Shown one piece after another: positions 1 to 15,305 of a stretch of 64,000 nucleotides of DNA (positions are counted from its first letter, which is position 1; each line of letters starts with the position of its first letter). The notes beneath the pieces are model-generated. The model had not been told where the DNA came from, ran no database searches, and saw only the letters and a program-made list of their open reading frames with translations. The stretch lies in NCBI GenBank assembly GCA_963725155.1, contig CAVRXU010000007.1:174588-238587 (forward strand), read 5' to 3'. A program made the position numbers and the translations under genes. This DNA comes from an uncultured Microthrixaceae bacterium. Its GTDB lineage: Bacteria; Actinomycetota; Acidimicrobiia; Acidimicrobiales; DATDAH01.

Positions 1-705
1 GATCCTGGCCCAGCCGCTGCACACCACCGTCCAGCCCGAATTGGCCGACGATGTCGATCGGGGCGACCTCGAGGGCTTCGGCCGGGCCATGCGCTGGGCG
101 CTGGCGTCGCTCGGCGTGGTCGTCCTCCCGGTGGCGGGCCTCATGGTCGCCCTGGCTCGCCCGGCGATGGAGGTCGTCGCCTTCGGCCAGGCCGACTCCG
201 GCGACGGGGTGGCCCTCATGGCCGCGGGCGTGGCCGGCCTGGCCCTCGGCCTGCCCGCCTACGGCGCCTTCCGCCTGCTGGCCGCGGCCTGGTACGCCCT
301 CGATGACAGCCGGACCCCGGCCCTGGCCGCCATTGGTTCCGCCGTGATCGGGGTCGGCCTGATGATCGCCCTCGCGCCCTTCACCGACGGCCCCTCTCGC
401 ATCTTCGCCCTCGGCCTGGGCCACACGGTCGGCTTCCTGCTGGGGACGCTCTGGCTGGCCCTCCGCCTCCGGCACCGCCAGCCGGTGGCCCTGTGGCCCC
501 GCACCCTGCCCGCCATCACCGCGCTGGCGGCGGTCCTGGCCGGCGCGGCCTGGGTGGCCGTCGACGCCTGGTCGCCCGACGGGCGGGTGACCACCGCGGT
601 CGCCCTGGCCCTGGTCGGCATCGTGGCCGGCGGCCTCTACTACGGCGCCCTCCGCGGCCTGCACCTGTTGCCCGGCCCCCTGGTCCGAAGCCCGGCGGTG
701 GCGTC

Positions 706-709
<4 letters not shown>
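1..709 (+). CDS. murJ: lipid II flippase MurJ/MviN, C-terminal part (5' end lies upstream of window)
   Basis: Frame is open from nt 2 (ILAQPLHTTVQPEL...), so the gene enters from upstream. Multi-TM hydrophobic sequence with the MurJ-type motif AAWYALDDSRTP. Stop TGA at 707-709. Confidence 0.7.
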
Positions 710-6355
<5,646 letters not shown>

Positions 6356-6359
6356 GCGC

Positions 6360-6896
6360 ATGAGCGCGTTCACCAAGCGGGGCGAGCAGGAGGTCTGGTC
6401 GGGCGCGGTCATCTCCGTGGTCCGGGGCACCTTCGTGTCCCCGTCGGGCGCCACCTTCGAGCGGGACCTCGTCCACCACCCGGGCGCGGTCGCGGTCGTC
6501 CCCGTGGACGGCGACGAGGCCGTGCTGGTCCGCCAGTACCGGTCCGCGGTGGACCTGGAGATCCTCGAGATCCCGGCCGGCAAGCGGGACGTCGCGGGGG
6601 AGGCGCCCGAGGTCACCGCCCAGCGGGAGCTGGCCGAAGAGGTCGGGCTGACGGCCGGCCGCCTGGTGAAGGTGGCCGAGTTCTACAACTCGATCGGGTT
6701 CAGCGACGAACTGTCCCATGTCTTCCTCGGCACCGACCTGACCCCGGTGCCCGACGACCGCCAGGGCGAGGAGGAGGAGCACATGACCATCGAGCGCATC
6801 CGCCTCGATGACGTCCCCGCCATGATCGCGGCGGGCGAGCTGGTCGACGCCAAGACCGTGATCGGCCTTCTCATGGCGCGAGAACACCTGGCGTGA
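6360..6896 (+). CDS. NUDIX hydrolase (ADP-ribose pyrophosphatase-like)
   Basis: Nudix box GKRDVAGEAPEVTAQRELAEEVGL. Conserved position between pyrG and xerD, as in mycobacteria. Confidence 0.85.
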   Translation: MSAFTKRGEQEVWSGAVISVVRGTFVSPSGATFERDLVHHPGAVAVVPVDGDEAVLVRQYRSAVDLEILEIPAGKRDVAGEAPEVTAQRELAEEVGLTAGRLVKVAEFYNSIGFSDELSHVFLGTDLTPVPDDRQGEEEEHMTIERIRLDDVPAMIAAGELVDAKTVIGLLMAREHLA

Positions 6897-7831
6897 CCGC
6901 GTCGACCCTGGTCTTCCCCCTGGAGATGGAGGAGTACCTCACGTGGTTGGCGACCGAGAAGGGACGCTCGGTGAACACCCTGACCGCCTACCGGCGGGAC
7001 CTGAAGGGCTACGCGGGTTGGCTGCACGAGCGGGGTACGGACCTGGCGGAGGTGACACCGGGGGACGTCGAGGCCTACGTGGCGGTGCTGCGGGATGCGG
7101 GCAAGGCGCCGGCCAGCGTGGCCCGGGCGATCGTGGCCGTCCGTTCGCTGCACGCGTTCGGCGCGGCCGAGGGGCTGCTCCCGGCGGACCCGGCGGCCGA
7201 TGTCGAGCCGCCGAGCGTGCCCCGCGGCCTGCCGAAGGGGCTGTCGGAGGCCGAGGTCGAGTCCCTCTTGGACGTGGCCGGCACCGACCCCGTGGCCCGA
7301 CGGGACCGCGCCATCCTCGAGGTGCTCTACGGCACCGGCATGCGCATCGCCGAGCTGGTCGGCCTCTCGCTGGGCGACGTCGACCTGGGCGACGCTCTGG
7401 TCCGGGTGCTCGGCAAGGGCAGCAAGGAACGGGTGATCCCCCTCGGCCGCCTGGCCCGGGCCTCGCTGGTCGACTGGCTGGACACCGGCGGCCGGCCGGC
7501 GATGGCCCCGGCCCGATGGGCCCGGCGGGGTGACGAGGAAGCGGTCTTCCTGAACCAGCGAGGCGGACGCCTGACCCGGCAGGGGGCCTGGGGGATCGTG
7601 CAGGAGCACGGTCGCCGGGCCGGCCTGGAACGGACCCTCAGCCCTCACGTCCTGCGCCACAGCTGCGCCACCCACATGCTCGACCACGGCGCCGACATCC
7701 GGGCCGTCCAGGAGCTCTTGGGCCACGCCTCGATCAGCACCACCCAGATCTACACAGGGGTGTCCGTCGAGCGTCTCTTCGCCGTGTACGCCGACGCCCA
7801 TCCCCGCGCCAAGGCGTCGACCGCGAGGTAG
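6893..7831 (+). CDS. xerD: site-specific tyrosine recombinase XerD
   Basis: N-terminal SAM-like domain (LTWLATEKGRSVNTLTAYRRDLKGY). Catalytic C-terminus with HVLRHSCATHMLDHGADIRAVQELLGHASISTTQIYT. GTGA overlap with the nudix gene stop. Confidence 0.9.
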   Translation: MTASTLVFPLEMEEYLTWLATEKGRSVNTLTAYRRDLKGYAGWLHERGTDLAEVTPGDVEAYVAVLRDAGKAPASVARAIVAVRSLHAFGAAEGLLPADPAADVEPPSVPRGLPKGLSEAEVESLLDVAGTDPVARRDRAILEVLYGTGMRIAELVGLSLGDVDLGDALVRVLGKGSKERVIPLGRLARASLVDWLDTGGRPAMAPARWARRGDEEAVFLNQRGGRLTRQGAWGIVQEHGRRAGLERTLSPHVLRHSCATHMLDHGADIRAVQELLGHASISTTQIYTGVSVERLFAVYADAHPRAKASTAR

Positions 7832-7837
7832 GGTCCG

Positions 7838-8149
7838 TTGATGGCCGATCCTGTGGAGTCGACCGTTCGCGCCTCACTCGAGGAGGAGCGGGAGCAACTT
7901 CTCGTGCAGCTGAGCGAACCGGACGAGGCGTTCGACGAGAACTTCGCGGACTCCGGCCAGGTGGCGGCTGAGCAGGGCGAGGCCCAGGCGTTGGCCGCCT
8001 CCCTGCGGGACCAGCTGGACGCCGTGGAACAGGCCCTGACCAAGCTGGACGAGGGCACCTACGGGCTCTGTGAGCGCTGCCAGAAGCCCATTCCCGCGGC
8101 CCGGCTCGAAGCCGTCCCCGCCAGCCGCTTCTGCATCGAGCACGCCTGA
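7838..8149 (+). CDS. TraR/DksA-family C4 zinc-finger protein
   Basis: 103 aa. Coiled-coil N-terminus and C-terminal CERCQKPIPAARLEAVPASRFCIEHA zinc-finger motif. Confidence 0.75.
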   Translation: MMADPVESTVRASLEEEREQLLVQLSEPDEAFDENFADSGQVAAEQGEAQALAASLRDQLDAVEQALTKLDEGTYGLCERCQKPIPAARLEAVPASRFCIEHA

Positions 8150-8159
8150 TCGAGGTGCC

Positions 8160-8681
8160 GTGAAACGAGTGCTGCACCTGGTGCGGCGCTTCTTCGCCTC
8201 GCTGTTGCCGACCGGTCCGGCCGCGGCCGACGACGCCTGGGCCCGGGAGCAGCTGACCGAGGCCGAGCAGGAGCTGTGGGCGCGCATGGCCCGGGTCGAC
8301 CGGCGCCACTCCGCCGCCGTGGCCCGCCGGGTCGAGTCGGCGCTGGGAGCGGACGCCACCGGGCCGGTGCTGACCGCGTCCCTGCTCCACGACATCGGCA
8401 AGACGATCCCGCGCCTGGGCACCTTCGGCCGGGTGGTCGCCACCCTGTCCGAGGCCGTCGCCGGTGAGGACACCGCCCGCCATTGGGTCGAGACGCGCGG
8501 GTTCACACGGCGGGTCGGCCAGTACGTGCTCTACCCCGAGCTGGGCGTGGACCTGCTGAAGATGGCCGGTAGCGACGAGTTCGTCATCGCCTGGTCCCGC
8601 GAGCACCACCTGCCGGAGGACGAGTGGACGGTGCCCGTCGAGCTGGGCCGGGTGCTGCAGGCCGCCGACGACGCCAGTTGA
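8160..8681 (+). CDS. HD-domain phosphohydrolase-like protein
   Basis: In-frame GTG at 8160 (VKRVLHLVRRFF...). HD signature LLHDIGK. The upstream part of ORF 8070.. overlaps the preceding gene. Confidence 0.7.
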   Translation: MKRVLHLVRRFFASLLPTGPAAADDAWAREQLTEAEQELWARMARVDRRHSAAVARRVESALGADATGPVLTASLLHDIGKTIPRLGTFGRVVATLSEAVAGEDTARHWVETRGFTRRVGQYVLYPELGVDLLKMAGSDEFVIAWSREHHLPEDEWTVPVELGRVLQAADDAS

Positions 8682-8684
8682 GCG

Positions 8685-9668
8685 TCAGCCAGGCGGCAGG
8701 AGCCCGATGGCCTTCCGGGCCCGAGCCACGACATCGGCCGCGGTCACCCTCGCCTTGTCGGCACCCTGGGCCAGGAGGGCGTGGGTGGCGCCGGGGTCGG
8801 CCTCGAGCTCGCGGTAGCGGGCCTGGATGGGGCGGAGGAGCTCGATCACGGCCTCGGCGGTGTCGGCCTTGAGGGGGCCGAACTGCGTGTAGTCCTCGGC
8901 CACGGCCTTGGGATCCCGGTCGGTGGCGGCGGCCAGGATGGCGAGCAGGTTGGCCACGCCCGGCCGGCTCTCGGGGTCGAAGGTGACGTCGTCACCGGAG
9001 TCGGTGACGGCTCGCTTGAACTTCTTCTCGATCACCGCCGGGTCGTCGAGCAGATCGATGGTCCCCTGGGGGGACTCCTCGGACTTGGACATCTTGTCGG
9101 TGGGACGCTGCAGGTCCATGATCCGGGCCCCCGCCCTGGGGATGTAGGCCTCGGGGATCACGAAGGTCTCGCCGTAGCGGGAGTTGAAGCGGCCGGCGAT
9201 GTCCCGGGTGATCTCGAGGTGCTGGCGCTGGTCGTCGCCCACCGGTACCCGGTCGGTGTCGTGGACGAGGATGTCGGCGGCCATGAGGGCGGGGTAGGTG
9301 AACAGGCCACCGGACACGAAGTCGGACTTGGTCGACTTGTCCTTGAACTGGGTCATGCGGCTGAGCTCGCCGTAGGAGACCGTGCACTCCATGATCCACG
9401 CCAGCTCGGCGTGCTCGTGCACATGGCTCTGGACGAACAGCGTGCAGCGGTCCGGGTCGAGTCCGACCGAAACCAGCTTCTGGGCCAGCGAGAGGCTGGT
9501 GGCGGTGAGCTCGACCGGGTCCTGGGGGACGGTGAGGGCGTGGAGGTCGACCACGCAGTAGACGCAGTCGTGGGTGTCCTGGTCGCTCACCCAGTTGCGC
9601 AGGGCCCCCAGCAGGTTGCCGAGGTGGACCTCGCCCGTGGGCTTGATTCCGGAGAAGACGCGGGACAC
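8685..9668 (-). CDS. trpS: tryptophan--tRNA ligase
   Basis: SRVFSGIKPTGEVHLGNLLGALRNWV (HIGH-type motif), KMSKSE (KMSKS motif), 327 aa. Confidence 0.95.
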   Translation of the reverse strand: MSRVFSGIKPTGEVHLGNLLGALRNWVSDQDTHDCVYCVVDLHALTVPQDPVELTATSLSLAQKLVSVGLDPDRCTLFVQSHVHEHAELAWIMECTVSYGELSRMTQFKDKSTKSDFVSGGLFTYPALMAADILVHDTDRVPVGDDQRQHLEITRDIAGRFNSRYGETFVIPEAYIPRAGARIMDLQRPTDKMSKSEESPQGTIDLLDDPAVIEKKFKRAVTDSGDDVTFDPESRPGVANLLAILAAATDRDPKAVAEDYTQFGPLKADTAEAVIELLRPIQARYRELEADPGATHALLAQGADKARVTAADVVARARKAIGLLPPG

Positions 9669-9724
9669 GAGCGCTGAATCTAGGGTCCGCGCCCGTCCTT
9701 CACCCCACCCGTATCCTCGGCCGC

Positions 9725-10528
9725 ATGGCTGTGGGCACGACGGGGACCTACGAAGTGGCGACGCCCGTCTACGACGGGCCCTTCGAACTGCTGCTCCACC
9801 TGATCCTGCGCGAGGAGGTGGACCTGTACGAGGTCAGCCTGCTCGACATCGTCGACGCCTACCTGGCCGAGTTCGAGCGGATGGAGCACTGCGACCTCGA
9901 CACGGCCACCGAGTTCCTCCTCATCGCCTCCACGCTGGTGGAGCTGAAGTCCCGTCGGCTCCTGCCGGTCGACGACGACGTCGACCTGGACGACGAGTTG
10001 GCCCTGTGGGAGGAGCGGGACCTGCTCCTGTCCCGCCTGCTGGAGTGCAAGACCTTCAAGGACGCCGCCGTCGTCCTGCGTCGCCTGCACAGCGACGGTG
10101 CCCGCACCTACCCCCGCCTGGCCGGCATCGAGGAGCGGTTCGTCTCCCTCGCCCCCGACCTGCTGGCCGGGGTCGACGCCGACGACGTGCGCCGGGCCTA
10201 CGTCAAGGTCCTGACCCGTCCCCAGCCCCGGGTCGACCTCTTCCACGTCGCGGCCATCAAGGTCAACGTGGCCGACGCCGTCGAGGAGCTGGTCGACGAG
10301 CTGCCTCGCCTCGGCCGCACCACGTTCCGGTCGCTGACCAGCTCACTGGTCGAGCGTCTCGAGGTCGTCGTGCGCTTCCTCGGCCTGCTCGAGCTCTTCA
10401 AGGTCGGCCTGGTCGAGTTGGACCAGGTGGGCCAGTTCGGGGACATCCACATCGTGTGGCTGGGGCCGGCCGACGACGCCGCCACCACCGGTGAGGTCCT
10501 CGAGTCCATCGACGTCTACGAGGGCTGA
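9725..10528 (+). CDS. scpA: segregation and condensation protein A
   Basis: FDGPFELLLHLILREEVDLYEVSLLDIVDAYL is typical of ScpA. It is followed directly by scpB. Confidence 0.9.
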   Translation: MAVGTTGTYEVATPVYDGPFELLLHLILREEVDLYEVSLLDIVDAYLAEFERMEHCDLDTATEFLLIASTLVELKSRRLLPVDDDVDLDDELALWEERDLLLSRLLECKTFKDAAVVLRRLHSDGARTYPRLAGIEERFVSLAPDLLAGVDADDVRRAYVKVLTRPQPRVDLFHVAAIKVNVADAVEELVDELPRLGRTTFRSLTSSLVERLEVVVRFLGLLELFKVGLVELDQVGQFGDIHIVWLGPADDAATTGEVLESIDVYEG

Positions 10529-10529
10529 G

Positions 10530-11180
10530 GTGGCCGAGGAGGTCCATCGCGCCGTCGAGGCCATCGTGATGGTGGCCGAGGCCCCGGTCGAGCCCGGCTT
10601 GCTGGCCCAGCTCCTGGAGCTGTCCGTCGAGCGGATCGAGGAGATCTGCTCCGAGCTCGCCCTCAGCTACGAGGCCGAGGACCGGGGCTTCCAGCTCCAG
10701 CGGGTGGCGGGTGGCTACCGCTTCGCCAGCCACCCGGACCTGGCGGCCTATGTCGAGCGCTTCGTCCTGGAGGGCCAGTCGACCCGGCTGTCCAGTGCCG
10801 CCCTCGAGACGTTGGCCATCGTGGCTTACAAGCAGCCGGTGTCCCGGGTGCAGGTGTCGGCCATCCGCGGCGTGGACGCCGACGGCGTGCTGCGCACGCT
10901 GGTCCAGCGGGGCTATGTCGCCGAGGTGGCCCGCGACCCCGGTCCGGGCCAGGCCGTGCTCTACGGGACGACCCCGACGTTCCTCGAGCGGCTCGGCCTC
11001 GACTCGCTCACCGACCTGCCCCCGCTGGGCGAGTTCGTGCCCGGCGCGGAGGTCGTGGAAGCCCTCGAACAGGGCCTGCGCCTGCCCGACGAGGACGATC
11101 TGCTGGGGCCCGATCTCGACCTCACGCCAGGGGCCGACGGGCCCGAGGACCCCGAGGGTGACCCCGACCCCGACGCCTGA
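10530..11180 (+). CDS. scpB: segregation and condensation protein B
   Basis: GTG at 10530, 2 nt after the scpA stop. EAIVMVAEAPVEPGLLAQLLE...GGYRFASHPDLAAYVERF...LSSAALETLAIVAYKQPVSR. Confidence 0.9.
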   Translation: MAEEVHRAVEAIVMVAEAPVEPGLLAQLLELSVERIEEICSELALSYEAEDRGFQLQRVAGGYRFASHPDLAAYVERFVLEGQSTRLSSAALETLAIVAYKQPVSRVQVSAIRGVDADGVLRTLVQRGYVAEVARDPGPGQAVLYGTTPTFLERLGLDSLTDLPPLGEFVPGAEVVEALEQGLRLPDEDDLLGPDLDLTPGADGPEDPEGDPDPDA

Positions 11181-11946
11181 GCTCCCTGCGGGCGAGCGCC
11201 TCCAGAAGGTCCTGGCCCGGGCCGGGCTCGGCAGCCGGCGGGTCTGCGAGGAGCTGATCGACGAGGGTCGGGTCACCGTCGACGGCGAGGTCGCCGTGCT
11301 GGGCCGGCGGGTCGACCCGACCACGGCTCAGGTCGAGGTCGACGGCGTCCTCGTCGGGGTCGCTCCCGACCTGGTCCACTGGCTGCTGCACAAGCCGGCG
11401 AAGGTGGTGACCACGGCCTCGGATCCCGAGGGGCGGACCACGGTGCTCGATCTCGTGCCCGAGGAGCCCCGGGTGTTCCCGGTCGGCCGCCTCGACTACG
11501 AGACCGAGGGCCTGCTGTTGTTGACCAACGACGGGGCCCTCACCCACCGGCTGACCCATCCGTCCTTCGGCGTGGAGAAGGAGTACCTGGCCGAGGTGGA
11601 CCGGATGCCGTCTCGGGGCGACCTGCGCCGCCTGCGGGAGGGGATCGAGCTGGAGGACGGGATGACGGCGCCGGCCAAGGTCGCCTCCCTCGACGACCGC
11701 ACGCTGCGCATCACCATCCACGAAGGGCGCAACCGCCAGGTCCGGCGCATGGTCGATGCCGTCGGCAGCACGGTGCTGCGCCTGGTCCGCACCCGCATCG
11801 GCCCCCTGAGCGACCGGGTGCTCAAGCCGGGGGAGTGGCGGCCCCTGACCCAGGACGAGGTCCGGGCTCTCGAGCGGGCCGTGGCCTCCGCGGCGTTGCC
11901 ATGGGAAGGGCGCACCGAGCCGGACGGAACCGGTCCGGGGGCGTAA
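11158..11946 (+). CDS. rluB: 23S rRNA pseudouridine synthase (RluB/RsuA family)
   Basis: S4 domain ERLQKVLARAGLGSRRVCEELIDEGRVTVDG and catalytic VGRLDYETEGLLLLTNDG. The start is uncertain: GTG 11158 overlaps the scpB end by 23 nt. Confidence 0.85.
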   Translation: MTPTPTPELPAGERLQKVLARAGLGSRRVCEELIDEGRVTVDGEVAVLGRRVDPTTAQVEVDGVLVGVAPDLVHWLLHKPAKVVTTASDPEGRTTVLDLVPEEPRVFPVGRLDYETEGLLLLTNDGALTHRLTHPSFGVEKEYLAEVDRMPSRGDLRRLREGIELEDGMTAPAKVASLDDRTLRITIHEGRNRQVRRMVDAVGSTVLRLVRTRIGPLSDRVLKPGEWRPLTQDEVRALERAVASAALPWEGRTEPDGTGPGA

Positions 11947-11972
11947 CGGCCCCACCGGTACGCTCCCCGGCG

Positions 11973-12335
11973 ATGCCACTGCGGGCCCTCCGGGCCGCCA
12001 CCACCATCGACGTCGACGAGGTCAGCCATCTGACCGAGCGAATGGTCGATCTGTTGACCGAGCTCTTCGAGCGCAACGCCATCGACCACGACGACGTGGT
12101 CAGCATCATCTTCACCGCCACGGAGGACATCCGTTGCACCTTCCCGGCCACGGCGGCGCGGACCTTCGGCCTCGGTGACGTCCCGCTCATCTGTGCCCGC
12201 GAGCTGGACGTCGAGGGGGCCACGCCGCGGTGCGTGCGGGTGATGCTGCACCTGGAGACCGACCGGGCCCGGGACCAGCTCCACCACGTCTACCAGCACG
12301 GGGCGGCCAACCTCCGTGACGACCTGCCCCGTTGA
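11973..12335 (+). CDS. aroH: AroH-type monofunctional chorismate mutase
   Basis: MPLRALRAATTIDVDE...VVSIIFTATEDIRCTFPATAAR...PLICARELDVEG...VRVMLH matches the AroH fold family. ATG is at codon 47 of ORF 11835. Confidence 0.8.
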   Translation: MPLRALRAATTIDVDEVSHLTERMVDLLTELFERNAIDHDDVVSIIFTATEDIRCTFPATAARTFGLGDVPLICARELDVEGATPRCVRVMLHLETDRARDQLHHVYQHGAANLRDDLPR

Positions 12336-13399
12336 GTGACCCGCGGCGCGCCACGCTGGTCGGCACCGGGCTGATCGGCGGCTCCATCGGGCTGGCTCTG
12401 CGCCGGGCCGGTTGGGTGGTCGTCGGCACAGACCGTGATCCCGAGCGGGCTGAGGCCGCGGTGGCCCACGGCGCGCTCGATGCGGTGGGTGAGGACCTGA
12501 CGTCCGACCTGACGATCGTGGCCACGCCCGTCGGATCGGTCGCCGGTGAGGCCCGGCGTCTCCTCGGCGCCGGCCACCGGGTCGTGACCGACGTGGGCAG
12601 CGTGAAGGCGCCGGTGGTGGCCGCGGTGGACCACGCCGGCTTCGTCGGTGGCCACCCCATGGCGGGGTCCGAGCAGGAGGGCATCGCCGCGGCCACCGCC
12701 GATCTCTTCGATGGCGCGACGTGGGTCCTGACCCCGACAGCCTCGACCGACGACCAGGCGTACGCCACCGTCCGAGCGGCGATCGTGGAGCTGGGCGCCG
12801 AGGTGGTGGCCCTGGACCCGGCCCGCCACGACGCGCTGGTGGCGGAGGTCTCCCACGTTCCCCACCTGACCGCGGCGACGCTCATGCGGCTGGCCGACGA
12901 CACCGCGGAGGAGCACCGGGCCCTGCTCCGGCTGGCGGCGGGGGGCTTCCGGGACATGACCCGCGTGGCGGCCGGGCATCCCGGCATCTGGCCCGACATC
13001 TGCGTGGAGAACCAGGCCGCGATCGTGGAGGTCCTCGATCGGCTCATCACCGGGCTGAGCGAGGTCCGGCAGGTCGTCGCCGACCAGGACCGGGCCCGCC
13101 TGATGGCGCTCCTCGAGCAGGCCCGGTCGGCCCGCACGAACCTCCCCGCCCGCTTCGGTCGACCGTCGGAGTTGGGCGAGCTCCGGGTCATCATCCCCGA
13201 CCGCCCCGGTGCGCTGGCCGAGGTCACCACGCTGGCGACCGAGATCGACGTCAACATCGCCAACATGGAGATCGCCCACTCCAGCGAGGGCGATCGTGGT
13301 GTCCTCATCCTGATCGTGGAGGCCAAGGAGCTGGGCCGGTTGCACACCGCCCTGGTCGACCGCGGCTTCGTCGTGTCCCACCACCAGGTCCTCGAGTGA
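12332..13399 (+). CDS. tyrA: prephenate dehydrogenase with C-terminal ACT domain
   Basis: Rossmann motif LVGTGLIGGSIGLALRRAG, and GGHPMAGSE. C-terminal ACT-like LRVIIPDRPGALAEVTTLA. The TTG start overlaps the aroH stop. Confidence 0.85.
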   Translation: MSDPRRATLVGTGLIGGSIGLALRRAGWVVVGTDRDPERAEAAVAHGALDAVGEDLTSDLTIVATPVGSVAGEARRLLGAGHRVVTDVGSVKAPVVAAVDHAGFVGGHPMAGSEQEGIAAATADLFDGATWVLTPTASTDDQAYATVRAAIVELGAEVVALDPARHDALVAEVSHVPHLTAATLMRLADDTAEEHRALLRLAAGGFRDMTRVAAGHPGIWPDICVENQAAIVEVLDRLITGLSEVRQVVADQDRARLMALLEQARSARTNLPARFGRPSELGELRVIIPDRPGALAEVTTLATEIDVNIANMEIAHSSEGDRGVLILIVEAKELGRLHTALVDRGFVVSHHQVLE

Positions 13400-14661
13400 T
13401 GGCCAGCCTGACCGTCGGCCCGGCCGGTCCCTTGCGGGGTCGGCTGCGCATGCCCGGCGACAAGTCGATCTCCCACCGGGCCTTGCTCCTGGCGGCCCTG
13501 GCCGAAGGCCGGTCCCGCATCGAGGGGCTGTCCGATGGTGCGGACGTGATCGGCACCCGTGGCGCAATCGACGCCCTGGGCGCGGCCACCAGCGACGACG
13601 ACGGCGCCGTCGTCGTCCACGGCGGGACGCTGCGAGAGCCGGCCGATGTGATCGACGTGGGCAACTCGGGCACGACCATCCGCCTCCTCACCGGGCTCTG
13701 CTCGGCCTTCCCGTTCCTGACCGTGCTGACCGGCGACGAGTCGATCGCCCGCCGGCCCATGGACCGCGTCGCGGTGCCGCTGCGGCGGATGGGGGCCTCC
13801 ATCGAGGGCCGGGACGGCGGCCGGCTGCCTCCGCTGTCCGTGCGCGGCGGTGGGCTCCACGGCATCACCTACCGGACCCCGGTGCCCAGCGCCCAGGTGA
13901 AGAGTGCGGTGCTCCTGGCCGGACTCGGGGCCGAGGGCGACACCGTGGTCGAGGAGGACGTCCCCACCCGGGCCCACACCGAGGAGCTCCTGGCCCGCTT
14001 CGGGGCCGACGTCCAGGTGAGCGATGGGGCGATCCGGGTGCGCCGCTCCCGGCCCGAGTCGTTCGCCTACACCGTCCCCGGCGACCCGTCACAGGCTGCC
14101 TTCTGGGTGGTGGCGGCATCGCTCGTCCCGGGCAGTGACCTGGTCGTCGAGGACCTCTACCTCGGCTCGGCCCGAACGGGCTTCCTGGACGTGCTGGTGC
14201 GCATGGGCGCCGACATCGAGGTCGAACGCGACGCCGACCGCGGGACAGGCACGGTCCGGGTCCGCGCCGCCGCTCTGCACGGGACCTCCGTGCTCGGCGC
14301 CGAGATCGTGGGCCTGGACGAGGTCCCTGCGCTCGCCGTGGCGGCCGCCGCGGCCGAGGGGACCACGCGGTTCGTCGACGTGGGCGAGCTCCGGGTCAAG
14401 GAGTCGGACCGCCTGGCGACGGTGTCGGCCAGCATCCAGGCCGTGGGCGGCACGGCGGACGTCGATGGTGACGCCCTCGTCGTCGAGGGCGGGACTCTCC
14501 GCGGCGGGCGGGTCGATTCCCACGGCGACCACCGCATCGCCATGGCCGCGGCGGTGGCCGGACTGGCCTCCGCGGGCGAGGCCGTGACCGTCGAGGGGTG
14601 GGAGGCCGTGACCACCAGCTATCCCCGTTTCGAACAGGATCTGGGAGAGTGCACACCATGA
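13399..14661 (+). CDS. aroA: 3-phosphoshikimate 1-carboxyvinyltransferase (EPSP synthase)
   Basis: LRGRLRMPGDKSISHRALLLAALAEGRSRIEGL...GNSGTTIRLLTG...HGDHRIAMAAAVAGL. ATG 13399 shares its A with the tyrA stop codon (TGATG). Confidence 0.92.
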   Translation: MASLTVGPAGPLRGRLRMPGDKSISHRALLLAALAEGRSRIEGLSDGADVIGTRGAIDALGAATSDDDGAVVVHGGTLREPADVIDVGNSGTTIRLLTGLCSAFPFLTVLTGDESIARRPMDRVAVPLRRMGASIEGRDGGRLPPLSVRGGGLHGITYRTPVPSAQVKSAVLLAGLGAEGDTVVEEDVPTRAHTEELLARFGADVQVSDGAIRVRRSRPESFAYTVPGDPSQAAFWVVAASLVPGSDLVVEDLYLGSARTGFLDVLVRMGADIEVERDADRGTGTVRVRAAALHGTSVLGAEIVGLDEVPALAVAAAAAEGTTRFVDVGELRVKESDRLATVSASIQAVGGTADVDGDALVVEGGTLRGGRVDSHGDHRIAMAAAVAGLASAGEAVTVEGWEAVTTSYPRFEQDLGECTP

Positions 14662-15305
14662 CGGTCATCGCCATCGACGGTCCGGGTGGCTCCGGCAAGT
14701 CGACCGTGGCCCGCCACCTGGCCGAGCACCTCGGCCTCGAGTACCTGGACACGGGAGCCATGTACCGGGCGGTCGCCTTCGCCGCTCTGCGGCGGGGGAT
14801 CGACCCCTCCGACACCGAGCCGGTGGCCAAGCTGGTCGACGGCCTCGATCTGACGGTGGGGGAGGACGGGGTGATGGTGGACGGGGTCGACGCCACCATC
14901 GAGATCCGCGGCCCGGAGGTCACACGGGCGGTGAGCCTGGTGGCGGCCAACCCCGCCGTGCGGGCCGAACTTCGGAGCCGACAGCGGGAGTGGGCCGCCG
15001 CCCGGCCCGGCGGCGTCGTCGAGGGCCGGGACATCGGCACCGTGGTCTTCCCGGACGCCACCCTGAAGGTCTTCCTGACGGCCCGAGCCGACGTGCGGGC
15101 CGAACGCCGCTCCCAGGAGGTGACCGACCTCGACTACGAGACCGTGGCCGCCGACCTGGCCCGGCGCGACACCCTGGACGAGGGGCGCGACGACAGCCCC
15201 CTGGCCCAGGCGGACGACGCGCTGGTGCTCGACACCACGGGCCTGTCGATCGACGAGGTGGTGGCCTCTCTGGTGACGGCCCTGGCCGAGGCGACCGCCT
15301 CGTGA
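14658..15305 (+). CDS. cmk: cytidylate kinase
   Basis: MTVIAIDGPGGSGKSTVARHLAEHLGLEYLDTGAMYRAVA. ATGA overlap with the aroA stop. Confidence 0.92.
   Translation: MTVIAIDGPGGSGKSTVARHLAEHLGLEYLDTGAMYRAVAFAALRRGIDPSDTEPVAKLVDGLDLTVGEDGVMVDGVDATIEIRGPEVTRAVSLVAANPAVRAELRSRQREWAAARPGGVVEGRDIGTVVFPDATLKVFLTARADVRAERRSQEVTDLDYETVAADLARRDTLDEGRDDSPLAQADDALVLDTTGLSIDEVVASLVTALAEATAS

Noticed and set aside
6893-7831. The tyrosine recombinase as a phage or integrative-element integrase.
   Set aside because: The sequence and the pyrG-nudix-xerD context match chromosomal dimer-resolution XerD. There are no flanking mobile genes.
9669-9724. A T-box or tryptophan attenuator upstream of trpS.
   Set aside because: Only 56 nt separate the divergent trpS and scpA starts. 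No specifier or T-box sequence, and no Trp-rich leader peptide, is present.
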